In this document: positions 53,207 to 62,480 of the stretch, in pieces | Position numbering within the stretch: position 1 is the first letter of the stretch | Layout: every line of letters begins with the position of its first letter | NCBI RefSeq assembly: GCF_006345805.1 | Contig: NC_043014.1 | Location: 53,320,001 to 53,384,000 of the forward strand | DNA from: Octopus sinensis | Lineage: Eukaryota | Length of the DNA stretch: 64,000 bases | Reading direction: 5' to 3' | Program-made: the position numbers and the translations under genes | Notes under the pieces: model-generated | What the model saw: the letters and a program-made list of their open reading frames with translations, nothing else | Database searches by the model: none | What the model was told of the DNA's origin: nothing

Positions 53207-54399
53207 ATTATTATTATTATTAAAGCAGTGAGCTGACAGAATGTCTTTACATTTTGAATTCAAATTCCACCAAAGTCAGCTTTGCCTTTCATCTTTTCAA
53301 GGTCAATAAAATGAGTTCCCATTGGGTACTGGGGTCAATGTAATCAACTGGTCCCTTCCCTTAAAATTCCAGACATTGTGCCTGTAGCAGAAAGGATTAT
53401 CATTATGAAGGACACTGAGCTGGCAGAATCATTAGCACATCAGACAAAATGCTTTGTGGTATTTGTCCTGACTCTTTACTTCCTGATTTTCAAATCTCGC
53501 CAAGGTCAATTTTGCCTTCTGTCCTTTTGGGGTTGATCAGTAAAGTACAGAGGTTGGTCCCTTATTAACTGATCCTTTCTTACAAATTTAGACTTAATGT
53601 TTTCTCCTGATTCTTGATGTTTAAATTCCATTGGGGTCAGCTTTACCCTTGAACCTTTTGAAATAGGATTTTGCTGGCCCTATGGCAGAATCATCAGTGG
53701 GCTAAACAAAATGCATAGCAACATGTTTCTACCTCTCTCTGGGTTAAATTCAAATACTGCCCAGGTTGACTTTGCTCTTCATCTTTTCAGGGTTGATAAA
53801 ATAAGTATCAGTTGAACACTGGGGTCAATCAACTTATTCCTACCCTGCAGATTCCTGGCTTTGTGCCAAAATTTGAAACTTATCATTATTATTATTAACA
53901 TTAATCGTTAGCATGCCAGGCGAAATCATCATCATCGTTTAACGTCCGCTTTCCATGCTGGCATGGGTTGGATGGTTTGACTGAGGACTGGCGAGCCAGA
54001 TGACTGGACCAGGCTCCTATCTTGATCTGGCAGAGTTTCTATAGTCGGAAGCCCTTCCTAATGCCAACCACTCCGAGAGTGTAGTGGGTGACTTAACAGT
54101 ATTTCATCTGTCGCTACATTCTGAGTTCAAGTTCTGCTGAGGTCGACTTTGCCTTTCATCCTTTCGGGGTTGATGAAATAAGTACCAGTTATGTACTGGG
54201 GTCAATGTAATCAACTAGCCCCCTTCCCCAAAGTTTCAGGCCCTTTGCCTATGCTAGAAAGGATTATTATTATTATTTTACTGAGAATTATGACATTCTA
54301 ATAATTTTGTTTTTGTTTTGGTACAGGGTGAGCAGCATCCTGAAGGGAACCACGGCAACAGGCAGTCGGGAATGCGTCTTCTTTTACCAGAGAAAGTGA
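21470..54399 (+). CDS. USP2: Ubiquitin carboxyl-terminal hydrolase, USP2/USP21-like (peptidase C19), 12 coding exons, 588 aa; span of whole CDS
   Basis: Exons 21470-22261, 34999-35055, 38501-38630, 39516-39621, 40438-40524, 41131-41183, 44433-44536, 46832-46894, 49527-49605, 50519-50608, 51979-52111, 54327-54399. They sum to 1767 nt with phases 0,0,1,2,2,1,0,0,1,1,2, all GT-AG. Motifs: GLQNLGNT|CFMNSILQCL (Cys box), QEDAHEF, CLEC and CKKC Zn ligands, HAGDCATSGHYWAEC (His box), WNKYNDTRV. The long Ser/Arg/Tyr-rich N-terminus resembles long USP2 isoforms. USP family membership is secure; exact orthology to USP2 is inferred. Confidence 0.9.
25455..25875 (+). mobile_element. GAT-tailed SINE-like repeat (family B) with four internal imperfect repeats of about 65 bp
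   Basis: Core GGTTGGCGTTAGGAAGGGCATCCAGCTGTAGAAAC...CATGGAAAGCGGACATTAAATGATGATG. Other copies at about 16848-16993, 20497-20845, 36985-37190, 44585-44740, 50060-50235 and 53926-54090 (all -) and 40955-41110(+). Confidence 0.85.
34999..35055 (+). CDS. USP2: USP coding exon 2 (VNKIDDLDGMVGLQNLGNT)
   Basis: tgtttcag acceptor and gttagt donor; start of the Cys box; phase 0/0. Confidence 0.93.
35768..36083 (+). mobile_element. tRNA-derived SINE (family D), near full length; 3' part also at about 1660-1785
   Basis: Head TGGCCCAGTGGTTAG (A box) and GGTTTCGATTCCC (B box). The body ...gaaggctaaaacaatgcgaagtgcattgtgaccagcgatgt is repeated at 1.7 kb. Confidence 0.8.
38095..38235 (-). mobile_element. 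Degraded CR1-like 3' fragment, same family as 1141-1598
   Basis: The reverse complement (tttagaaacatcttttc...gtatggaataaact..catcagttgttaactgtc..cactgcatccttcaaa) aligns by eye with 1400-1500. Confidence 0.7.
38501..38630 (+). CDS. USP2: USP coding exon 3, catalytic Cys (CFMNSILQCLNKSPLLLNYIISDHYKLDIAKPGAARFEGNFLR)
   Basis: ttccgttttag acceptor and gtacat donor; CFMNSILQCL motif; phase 0/1. Confidence 0.95.
39516..39621 (+). CDS. USP2: USP coding exon 4 (AFSEVMKKLWTSRMEVTPAVFRNSIKKLNSIYQGFG)
   Basis: attttcag acceptor and gtgagt donor; matches the USP F..L...LW...P..F...F.G pattern; phase 1/2. Confidence 0.93.
39945..40345 (-). mobile_element. RTE-clade LINE 3' fragment with (ATG)n tail
   Basis: Minus translation GSETWTLSKKLERRLDGTYTRLLMRAQNLSWKRHPTK...GRTLSYPDVISRD...MMDREVWR; tail at 39947-39963. 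Confidence 0.85.
40438..40524 (+). CDS. USP2: USP coding exon 5 (QEDAHEFYNHLINGLHEELDTTKKSGPKG)
   Basis: Long pyrimidine tract plus aatag acceptor, gtacct donor; QxDAxEF and L.GLHEE motifs; phase 2/2. Confidence 0.93.
41131..41183 (+). CDS. USP2: USP coding exon 6 (INQASWYDFCKGDTKITD)
   Basis: ttctttccag acceptor and gtaagt donor; W...S/T.I.D motif; phase 2/1. Confidence 0.9.
41563..41893 (-). mobile_element. Complete non-autonomous Helitron (331 bp)
   Basis: Minus strand 5' A|TCTCTCTTTATATAAAGCTGAAG...; 3' hairpin CCCG-AGCAACGC-CGGG then gatactgCTAG|T. Inserted between A and T with no TSD. Confidence 0.85.
42860..43445 (-). mobile_element. Degraded non-LTR reverse transcriptase fragment (L2/Crack/CR1-group LINE)
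   Basis: Across frameshifts: DITKPFDWVW (DxSKAFDxVW), SFLSD, PQG, FLYINDL, HSYTDE (YADD). Confidence 0.75.
44433..44536 (+). CDS. USP2: USP coding exon 7 (DIFAMQMKHNYECLECYSKSTEYHTSFDMSLPMKK)
   Basis: ctgttgcag acceptor and gtaggc donor; DIF..Q, CxxC and F.D.SLP motifs; phase 1/0. Confidence 0.93.
45360..45720 (-). mobile_element. Degraded RTE-type LINE 3' fragment
   Basis: Minus frame ASWKRPRD*LHTRWLDVLKED, similar to the WKRPRGRP..RW.D...D motif. Confidence 0.65.
46832..46894 (+). CDS. USP2: USP coding exon 8 (AFRTINMEDIIEDFIESTSNN)
   Basis: ctctctttcag acceptor and gtaagt donor; corresponds to the L.DCL..F helix; phase 0/0. Confidence 0.85.
48600..48860 (-). mobile_element. Probable tRNA-derived SINE; related fragments at about 17500-17665(-) and 32720-32980(+)
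   Basis: Minus head GGTGCATGGTTCAGTGGTTAGGGTGTTGCACTC...GGTTTCAGTTCCCAG...GTTCTTGAGCAGAACACTT. Confidence 0.6.
49242..49403. mobile_element. 162-bp MITE with perfect 23-bp TIRs (Tc1/mariner-pogo type)
   Basis: CTGTATTTTAACGTGTATAAGGA ... TCCTTATACACGTTAAAATACAG; TA on the left flank (right flank AA). Confidence 0.85.
49527..49605 (+). CDS. USP2: USP coding exon 9 (MCKKCSKLTLHNCKKEFVHLPEVLVL), followed by U12 donor
   Basis: ttttccag acceptor; second CxxC and LPEVLVL; donor GTATCCTTTT at 49606; phase 0/1. Confidence 0.92.
49606..50518 (+). other. U12-type (minor spliceosome) GT-AG intron
   Basis: 5' site GTATCCTTTT matches the U12 consensus RTATCCTTT. The branch site CCTTGAC has its A at 50505, 13 nt from the 3' AG, with only a short pyrimidine tract. 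The splice is required to keep the USP frame. Confidence 0.9.
50519..50608 (+). CDS. USP2: USP coding exon 10 (YFQRAEKLGKLKTEMQYPVENLNFTKYAIK)
   Basis: U12-like branch CCTTGAC at 50500-50506, tag acceptor at 50518, gtaagc donor; KL.T...YP...L pattern; phase 1/1. Confidence 0.88.
51470..51655 (-). mobile_element. Non-autonomous Helitron 5' portion
   Basis: Minus strand A|TCTCTTATATAAAATCCGTTCTGTCTGTCTG...CCAATTGCACTCAAATTTGACATG. No 3' CTAG end was located. Confidence 0.6.
51979..52111 (+). CDS. USP2: USP coding exon 11, His box (GNPKLATYTLYAICLHAGDCATSGHYWAECRHPKTSEWNKYNDTR)
   Basis: ttcttcag acceptor and gtaagt donor; Y.LYA...H.G....GHY and W..YND motifs; phase 1/2. Confidence 0.95.
53225..54270 (+). 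mobile_element. Head-to-tail cluster of 4-5 family A SINEs, the last interrupted by a family B element
   Basis: Copies at about 53225, 53410, 53600 (partial), 53680 and 53902, partly separated by (ATT)n tails. The insert at 53926-54090 splits ...cgaaat | acttaacagtatttc. Confidence 0.8.
54327..54399 (+). CDS. USP2: USP last coding exon (VSSILKGTTATGSRECVFFYQRK*)
   Basis: ttttggtacag acceptor in phase 2 completes ND.RV. The terminal xxFY motif is followed by TGA at 54397-54399. Confidence 0.88.
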
Positions 54400-55085
<686 letters not shown>

Positions 55086-55354
55086 CCAAGGAGATGATGA
55101 TGATGATGATGATGGTGATGGTGACCGTCCTTTGACGTTCGTTTTCCCTGCTGTCATGGGTCGGACGGATCCATAACAGTCCTCCGTCCACCAAACCTGC
55201 TCTCAAGGCTTCCTTGGTCTGAGGCAATGGGAGAAGACGGCCCACAAAACCCATGTCAGTGGATTTGGTTAAAGACAGAAACTGAAAAAAGCCTGTTTGT
55301 CTGACTACACACACACACGCACACGCACACACACACACACACACACACACGTAC

Positions 55355-55690
55355 GTGTTTAGAGCATTGGGTTTGCAATCATGAGGTTGCAAGTTCAGTT
55401 CCCAGGCCGGGCTGTGTTTTGTGTTTATTTTATTTCACATTTACTCCCCTTCACTTAACCTGCAGAAATGAATTGTGACGTCGTCACTGGTGCCAAGTTG
55501 TGTCGACCCTTTTATTTTAACCTTTGCGACAACATTAGTGGCATGTAGAGGGCAGGCTGGTAGGCATAGGCAAGTGGTAGGCTTCCACAAACAGCCTTGC
55601 CCAGACTTGTGCCCTAGAGGGGAAATCTCTAGGTACAATCCCATGCTCATTCAAAACTGGCGGGAGGGTGGGGTTGCTGTCTCTACTCCT
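55355..55690 (+). mobile_element. Probable tRNA-derived SINE, distinct family
   Basis: Head gtgtttagagcattggg...gaggttgcaagttcagttcccagg (A/B-box-like) followed by a non-coding body and (TA)n. Confidence 0.55.
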
Positions 55691-55710
55691 TGTGTATATA
55701 TGTATGTATG

Positions 55711-55742
<32 letters not shown>

Positions 55743-57396
55743 AAACACACACTTATTCATTTACTTAATTCCTCATGATTAAAGTGCTCTGGTTAATTAT
55801 TGAAGAACTGTTAGAATATTAACTTTAATTAAGGGCAATCCAGCTAATTACTATTCTGGGAAAATAATTTAAGGAAAAATATGCAGAGAATAACAAAAGT
55901 CTGAAAATTTGGAAAACAGAAGATAAAGGAGGAGGAAAGAAAAAGGAGAAGAAAATTGAAATAAAAAGGGACAGCAAAATCATAGGGCAAGCAGTCTTAA
56001 CCTATATGTGTGTGTGTGTGTGTATATATATATTCTTTTATTCTTTTACTTGTTTCAGTCTATGGCCATGCTAGAGCACCACCTTTAGTCGAGCAAATCG
56101 AGCCCCAGGACTTATTCTTTGTAAGCCTAATACTTATTCTATCAGTCTCTTTTGCTGAACCACTAAGTTACAGGGCCGTAAACACACCAGCATCGGTTGT
56201 CAAGCAATGTATATATATATATATATATACTCACACACACACACACACACACATATGTGTCCAACCCATGCAAGCATGGAAAATGGACATGAAATCGGTG
56301 ATGTGTGTCATTGTATTTTAATCAGACGATTGTTTAAACGAGTGTCATTAAGTCTTGTCTAAAATACTTTTGATGAGGACTGGCCAAGACTGAATAATAA
56401 TAATAACACTACCACTGCCCTGTAAACATACAAAAATATATGGAGATTGTGCTGAAGACTGGATTACATAGTTTACAACTTTAAAAAAGGGTAGTGGTGA
56501 GGTGGCCACAGCTGGAATGTCTATTCATAAATCTGTTTAATCAGTGTTGATCTGGGGCTAAACAACAAGTATGAATTTATAAACAATGTGGGTGTTTCTT
56601 ATTATTAGTGTGATGACCCTCCCAAGATCCAACAAACTCATGAATTCACTTCAAGAATCCTGCAAACCAATCACTAAAACAGAATCTATTAATTACTGCT
56701 GTTCATTTTCTTAGGAAAGCGTTTTCCAGCTTCACCAAGCATTTGCTTATGTTATACTCTTTTACCTGTTTCAGCCCACAACCTGTGGCCAGGCTGGAGC
56801 ACTGTTAGGTTTCAAACTTCTTTTTTTTCTTTTCTCTTATATCGTTCATCAGTCTGTCTCTGGGCAGTTCTGGCGTCATATCAGGTTCTTTATGAGAATG
56901 AGTTGCTGGCCCCTTATTCAACCCTTCTCTATTTCTGGGAAAAGGGTTACTGTGAGGGGTTCCCTTATAACCTCCTTTCTCATGATGTCACATAACTCAT
57001 TCAGGGAGAGAGAGAAGAATGGTTAATCCTCATTGCTTGACTTTTACATTATCAGTCTTGGAAGGATGAATTGGAATCCTGAATGCTGAGGGTCAGAAGC
57101 AATCCTTAAGGTTTTCCATCTGACCCTTCAATGACTTGAAATTGGTCGCCTTCTGTTTGACCAGTTTAATAATAAAACCCTTCCAAATTGATGATTATTT
57201 TACAAAAGTAATTGAATCCCGCAGGCAATGTGTACTTGCTGAGAAATATGATGAAGTCTGTCCTTGTATTTATTTGAAGAGGATCCTACAGCTACATAGG
57301 TGACCTTACTGGGACAGGTGCCACAAAATAAACACCCAGGACATTCTGTGGGATATGTATGTAAACAGAAGATTCAGAATTGCTTTCATTAGCTTA

Positions 57397-57549
57397 CAGC
57401 TGTTTCTGCTATTAGAAGCAGTCGACTCAGAGCTGAGTGCTTGTGCAGCATCCTATAATCTTCTTTTGAAGCCATTAAAATGGAAAGTCTGTTTAGCTGC
57501 CGGATGTTGCACAAACCCTCGGCTCTGAGTCAAATGGTAGAAACAGCTG
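57397..57549. mobile_element. 153-bp MITE/hairpin with about 50-bp imperfect inverted arms
   Basis: CAGCTGTTTCTGCTATT..GACTCAGAGCTGAGTGCTTGTGCAGCATCC versus GGATGTTGCACAAACCCTCGGCTCTGAGTC..TGGTAGAAACAGCTG; TA on the left flank. Confidence 0.75.
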
Positions 57550-58349
57550 AGATTGTGAAGTGAAAGTGTTAATATGAAAGGCTGTTAAATGTAGAGAATG
57601 AATGGAAGGAGGTGGGGTCTTTGCAACATGGACCCAACAGGGACCAGTTATCCTAATCAACACCAGTTTGATAAAGCAGTTAAGAATAGGAAGAAAGGGG
57701 AAAACATGGAGGTGAGAAAGAATGTTTTGTTGTGTTTAATTTAATTTTATCACTTTACCAACTGAACCAAAAGCCACAAAATGTTGAGTTGGTCCTTCAT
57801 CTTTTTAGGGGCCAATAGAATATTGTGTACTGGAATGAAATCTAACTCTATTTTCTCCTCCTGCATCTACAAGAAAAGAGTATTTGTGGTTTTGTGGCCT
57901 TTGTTAACAATAAACATTTATTGAAAGAGAATTGAGTGACAGACACTTTGTAAAGAATATTCAAATGGTTTTTAGTCTCTTTCCTTTGTGATAGGAGTTC
58001 AAATCCCACCAAGGTTCCCTTGCCCCTTCTTATATTTCTAGAATTGGTTAAGTACCGGTTATTAAGGGGCCGGGTAAAATGTAATCAGATCTTCTTCCCT
58101 TCGCACAAAAGTGTGATTGTGCCTCAGAAGGAAGCAAACTTGCAGTCATTGGAGCAGTAAAGAGTATACCTTGTGGTATTTGTTCCACTTCTCTGTTCTG
58201 AGTTCAAATCCTGCTGAGGTTGGCATTACTTTGAACCTCATGGAGTCAATAGATGAACTACTTAGATGATAAATAGGAATGGTTCATGGCTGTTACTCAT
58301 CAAGACACTTGCATTGATGCTGCAAAAGTCAGTGTCTCTGTCAGCTCAC

Positions 58350-58600
58350 CATATTTGTGTTCTTGTAGAATCAGTGCTCCTCTTACATGGATCCCTTGCT
58401 TGGACACTTACCAAACATCTGGGAGCAAAGTTTGTCAGCACTTACACGCTCAGGTTACACATCCAAACAAAGAAGGCAGTCTCCCTAAATTCCCAGCGAC
58501 CCTAGAAGACATTGCTTGGGGGCTAATCAAGAACTCATTAATGATACGTTTCTATGGATACTGCAACATGGGTAGACACAGAATGGCTGTCTTATAAAAA
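58350..58600 (+). mobile_element. Degraded RTE-clade LINE fragment
   Basis: VESVLLLHGSLAWTLTKHLGAKFVSTYTLRL resembles the ESVLLYG.E.WTL...LDGTYT motif also seen at 40.3 kb. Confidence 0.65.
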
Positions 58601-59199
58601 TCCAACCAGTTCCATACAAACATAGGATGTTGCTGGATGCAATGCAAGATCACATGACCAAGACAGACCAATGCAAGTTCAACAGAAGTTGATGATGAAG
58701 ACGTTAAGGGATCAAGTCACATGCAAGGATAATTGAGATTTTCCCCAAAACAAAAAAACTAGCAGCAATTGTGAGCAAATTTCAAAAGGAATATATTTTT
58801 AAGAAATTAAGTGTTCTTTTCAACCAAGTTCACGAAATATAACTGGTTTAAATACATCAGTGCATTGTAATGGTTCCTGATATAGGTACAAGACAATTTT
58901 GAGGAGAGGAGACTAATTGATACCATCACCCCCAATACATGGCTCGTATTTTATTTTATAACCCCAAAAGGCAAAGCTGACCTCAGGGGGATTTGAACTC
59001 AAAATATAAAGAACTAGGAAGAAGTTTGAAAAGGCAGATGCTTTAACAAGTCTGCCATCTCACCACTTTTTATGTCAGTGAAATGATGAAGACTTCAAAC
59101 TGGAAATTCAGTAGAAAAAAATCTTTATCTTTGTTCAGACAAGGGGCAACTATGGACAGGTTTCAGCCTAATTAGGCCTCATCAATCGAATTGATTAGT

Positions 59200-59577
59200 T
59201 ACTCTTTTACTTGCTTCAGTCATTTGACTGTGGCCATGCTGGAGCACCGCCTTTAGTCGAGCAAATCGACCCCGGGACTTATTCTTTGTAAGCCCAGTAC
59301 TTATTCTATCGGTCTCTTTTGCCGAACCGCTAAGTGACGGGGACGTAAACACACCAGCATCGGTTGTCAAGCAATGCTAGGGGGACAAACACATACACAC
59401 ACACACATACATATATACGACAAGCTTCTTTCAGTTTCCGTCTACCAAATCCACTCACAAGGCATTGGTCGGCCCGGGGCTACAGCAGAAGACGCCCAAG
59501 ATTCCACACAGTGGGACTGAACCCAGAACCATGTGGCTGGTTAGCAAGCTACTTACCACACAGCCACTCCTGCGCCT
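59200..59577 (-). mobile_element. tRNA-derived SINE (family C), near full length
   Basis: Head GGAGTGGCTGTGTGGTAAG...GGGTTCAGTCCCACTG, central microsatellite, tail ...CCAGCATGGCCACAGTCAAATGACTGAAGCAAG. Related copies at about 12430-12830(-), 16283-16385(+), 17935-18090(-), 27003-27160(+), 47300-47460(+), 56035-56215(-). Confidence 0.85.
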
Positions 59578-61899
59578 AGTTGACAATTTTTTTTTAAATA
59601 TGGAAAAACATTATAAATAATTTTTTTGGTCAGTAAAATTTATGCATTATGGACGCTAAGGGACAAAACTGAAATATGCCAATGGCATGAAGGTAGAAAA
59701 GTGTGTTAGCAACTCTGAACAAATTCTCAACAACTGGTAAAATAAAACATTCTTTGGATGACTCCATCAATAACAGGATGAAAAAGTGTGCCATGATGTG
59801 AGTGAAAAGAACCAGAACATTCCCTGATAGCATCATGGAGTGGTCTTATCAGAAGGTACTGAAACTACAGCGATTTCCCTTGATAAAGGGAAATTCCTGC
59901 AGTATAAGCTATGTGTGTTAGTATGTGAACATTTTTGGGTTTTATTGTTTCATTTCTCTTTAAGGTTCAAATAAACACACACACACACACAATCACTTTG
60001 AAAATACCAGATGCTTGGGGCTCTGATGAACTCGCACCACATTAGCTTTGAGGGTTCATTGGAGTTTCATAGGATGTATCTAACACACACACACACACAC
60101 CACAGAAAAGACTGCTCCAAGATAAGTATAAACAACGCCTCCACTATGGAATACATTCAGAGCACAAAGAGTATTGGTGAAATATTCCCATCAAAACTTC
60201 AAAGAGACCCAACATAATTATTTGGGACAGAAAAGAAAAGTTCTGTACAGCCGTGGAGGTTGGTTGCCCTGCAGAGGTGAATGTCCCTTCCGATATTGGT
60301 GAAAAGGAGAAAATTTATAGACAACTGTTTGAAAGTTGTAGCTCTTCTACCCAGATTATAAATTTGCATTTATACCAGTAATTAATGATGCATTTGGTTA
60401 TATTAGTGAAAGTCTAAGAGAAAAAAGCAAAGGATTTTGAATAAAGAAAGACACCAGCTAACACAAACTTTACAGAAATGGTCTGTAAGTGGAACAGTAA
60501 AAATATACGAGACTTCCTCAAAGTTCAATGTGCAACACTTACCATTATTGTTATCCAAATTCCAGTGTTGGAGCTTTTGTGTGTTGGAAACTAACTCCTT
60601 CCTTCTAGGAAGAATATTAATAAAAGAAAAAGTGAGGACATACTTAAAACAGTTGAGTGTGTGTGTGTGTGAATGCAGGTGTTGAGGACACTAAGCATTT
60701 AGAACTCACTGATGCTATTAAATTACGAGATCTTTTGCAAGATGTGAAACAGGTGTTGTGCTATACTGTCTTACCTATTCCAGCAGACGAGTAAGGAGGA
60801 TCTGCAGCAAGCACCCCCCCCCACAGCATTAACATAACATTTACTCTGTCATTCACATCCACCACCTCCACTACTACTGGCCATGCTGGATCACAGCAGG
60901 CTCAGGTTTTTAGAACTGCTCCTGTTTCTACATTCCTGCCAAGAACCCCACATCTTCCCACCTCCATACCCAATATTGACTGGTATAAAGCCAGGCAATA
61001 TTGGGGGAAGGGAGCCTGTCAATTACATAGACCCCAGGATATGACTGGTATTTTATTTTATATAAAGGCAAACTCAACATAGGTAGGATTTGAATTTGGA
61101 ACCCAAAGATGGACAAAATACTTGCAATCATTTTCCCAGCTCAGCATCTCTGACTGGGATGCAAATAAATGCGGAAATTTTGGTGAAAGGTTTTATCATA
61201 ACACAGAGTTTGTATGACAGAACCAGGGTCAGCTTCAGGTAAGTTGATAGGAAAAGGGTCCAACTTTTAAAAGAAATATAGAAGGATTCAATATAGAACC
61301 ACCAATCGGTCACTCATCATGCTAAAAATAGCAACTAAATCACTCCTGATTATTTTTAAAAAGGAAAGACATTGGATATTTCACTCCTTGATACACTATG
61401 CCCACAAAATCTACAAGATAGTCATGGCTGGAATGTCTTTGATCATGTGTGCATCATAGGACCAGGTTGAGAGCTTGCATGTATGTAAATGTGTATATGT
61501 ATGTATGTGTGTGTATATGTGTGTGTATGTATGTGTGTGTGTATACATATGTATGTGTGTATGCATGTATGTGTGTATATATGTGTATGTAATTATGTAT
61601 GTTGACATACGTGTGTCTATGTGTGTGTGTTTTATAAAAATAATCATGAAGGTCACATTGGAGAATGTAGTCCAAAGTACATATAAATGAAAAGAAAAGA
61701 AAAAAAACGGAGAGGTCAGGACTGGAACGCCTTCTGATAATAAACCAGCTTAATCAAGATTGGTCTGGACGGAAACAACAACAAACAACTCGATCTACTC
61801 CAAGGAGGAGGTCCTGGTTTCATTCCCTGCCAGAGTTTATTTTTAAAAAAAGCCCAGCTTACCAACCATCGCTACCCCCGTCCCACCCTGCTACACACA

Positions 61900-61933
61900 G
61901 TTGCCCGTAGCAACAAGCTGTTGTGATGGCAAC
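61900..61933. promoter_or_regulatory. Tandem RFX X-box motifs in CpG-rich promoter-like region
   Basis: GTTGCC-CGT-AGCAAC (61900-61914) fits the X-box GTNRCC-N0-3-RGYAAC exactly. GTTGTGATGGCAAC (61920-61933) has a perfect right half-site. A CpG cluster lies at about 62090-62130. Confidence 0.6.
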
Positions 61934-62349
61934 AGCGATTGCTTAAGAAAATATATATATAAGTTAAATATCTGTGATATTTCACAGTCGAAGTGTATCA
62001 GATTCTTTGAACGAAACGGAAAACATCCACGAAGCGAAAATGTTTAATTAGTTTTCAAAGATTTAACCTACAAACCTCACACGTTCAGTTCCTGCGCGCG
62101 CGAGCACTGCATACACACGCGCACGCGCGCAGCATACATACTTGACACACACATACATACATACATACACACACATACATACATACATACATACATACAT
62201 ACACACATACATAATAAAAGTGTCTTATTCGCAATTTACAACCAAAAGACAGAAATATAGACGTCAGAGTTGTTTTGACTCTCATTTCTAGCAATAGTGA
62301 TGCTGACTAGTGCCCTTAGCCACTATAGATAGATAGATAGATAGATAGA

Positions 62350-62480
62350 TAAATATGTTTCTTTATTAGCCACACAGGGCTGCACACAGACAGGACAAAT
62401 TACAAGGTAGAGCTTTTCTTTTGGGGGTAAAAAAAAGGGGGGTTGGTTTTCGATCAAAAGGGATCGTAAAAGGAAAGAAA
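62350..62480 (-). mobile_element. Putative LINE 3' UTR remnant with AATAAA and (TCTA)n tail
   Basis: Minus strand ...gtgcagccctgtgtggctAATAAAgaaacatat followed by (TCTA)n. The family is not identifiable from sequence alone. Confidence 0.35.

Noticed and set aside
56800-57200. Protein-like minus-strand stretches (KLVKQKATNFKSLKGQMENLKD; HSHKEPDMTPELPRDRLMND)
   Set aside because: Multiple in-frame stops and no clean splice boundaries; cannot be distinguished from unique non-coding DNA.
59630-59896. 68-aa hydrophobic minus-strand ORF behind an acceptor
   Set aside because: All three frames from the acceptor hit stops within about 20 codons and no good donor follows; insufficient support as a coding exon.
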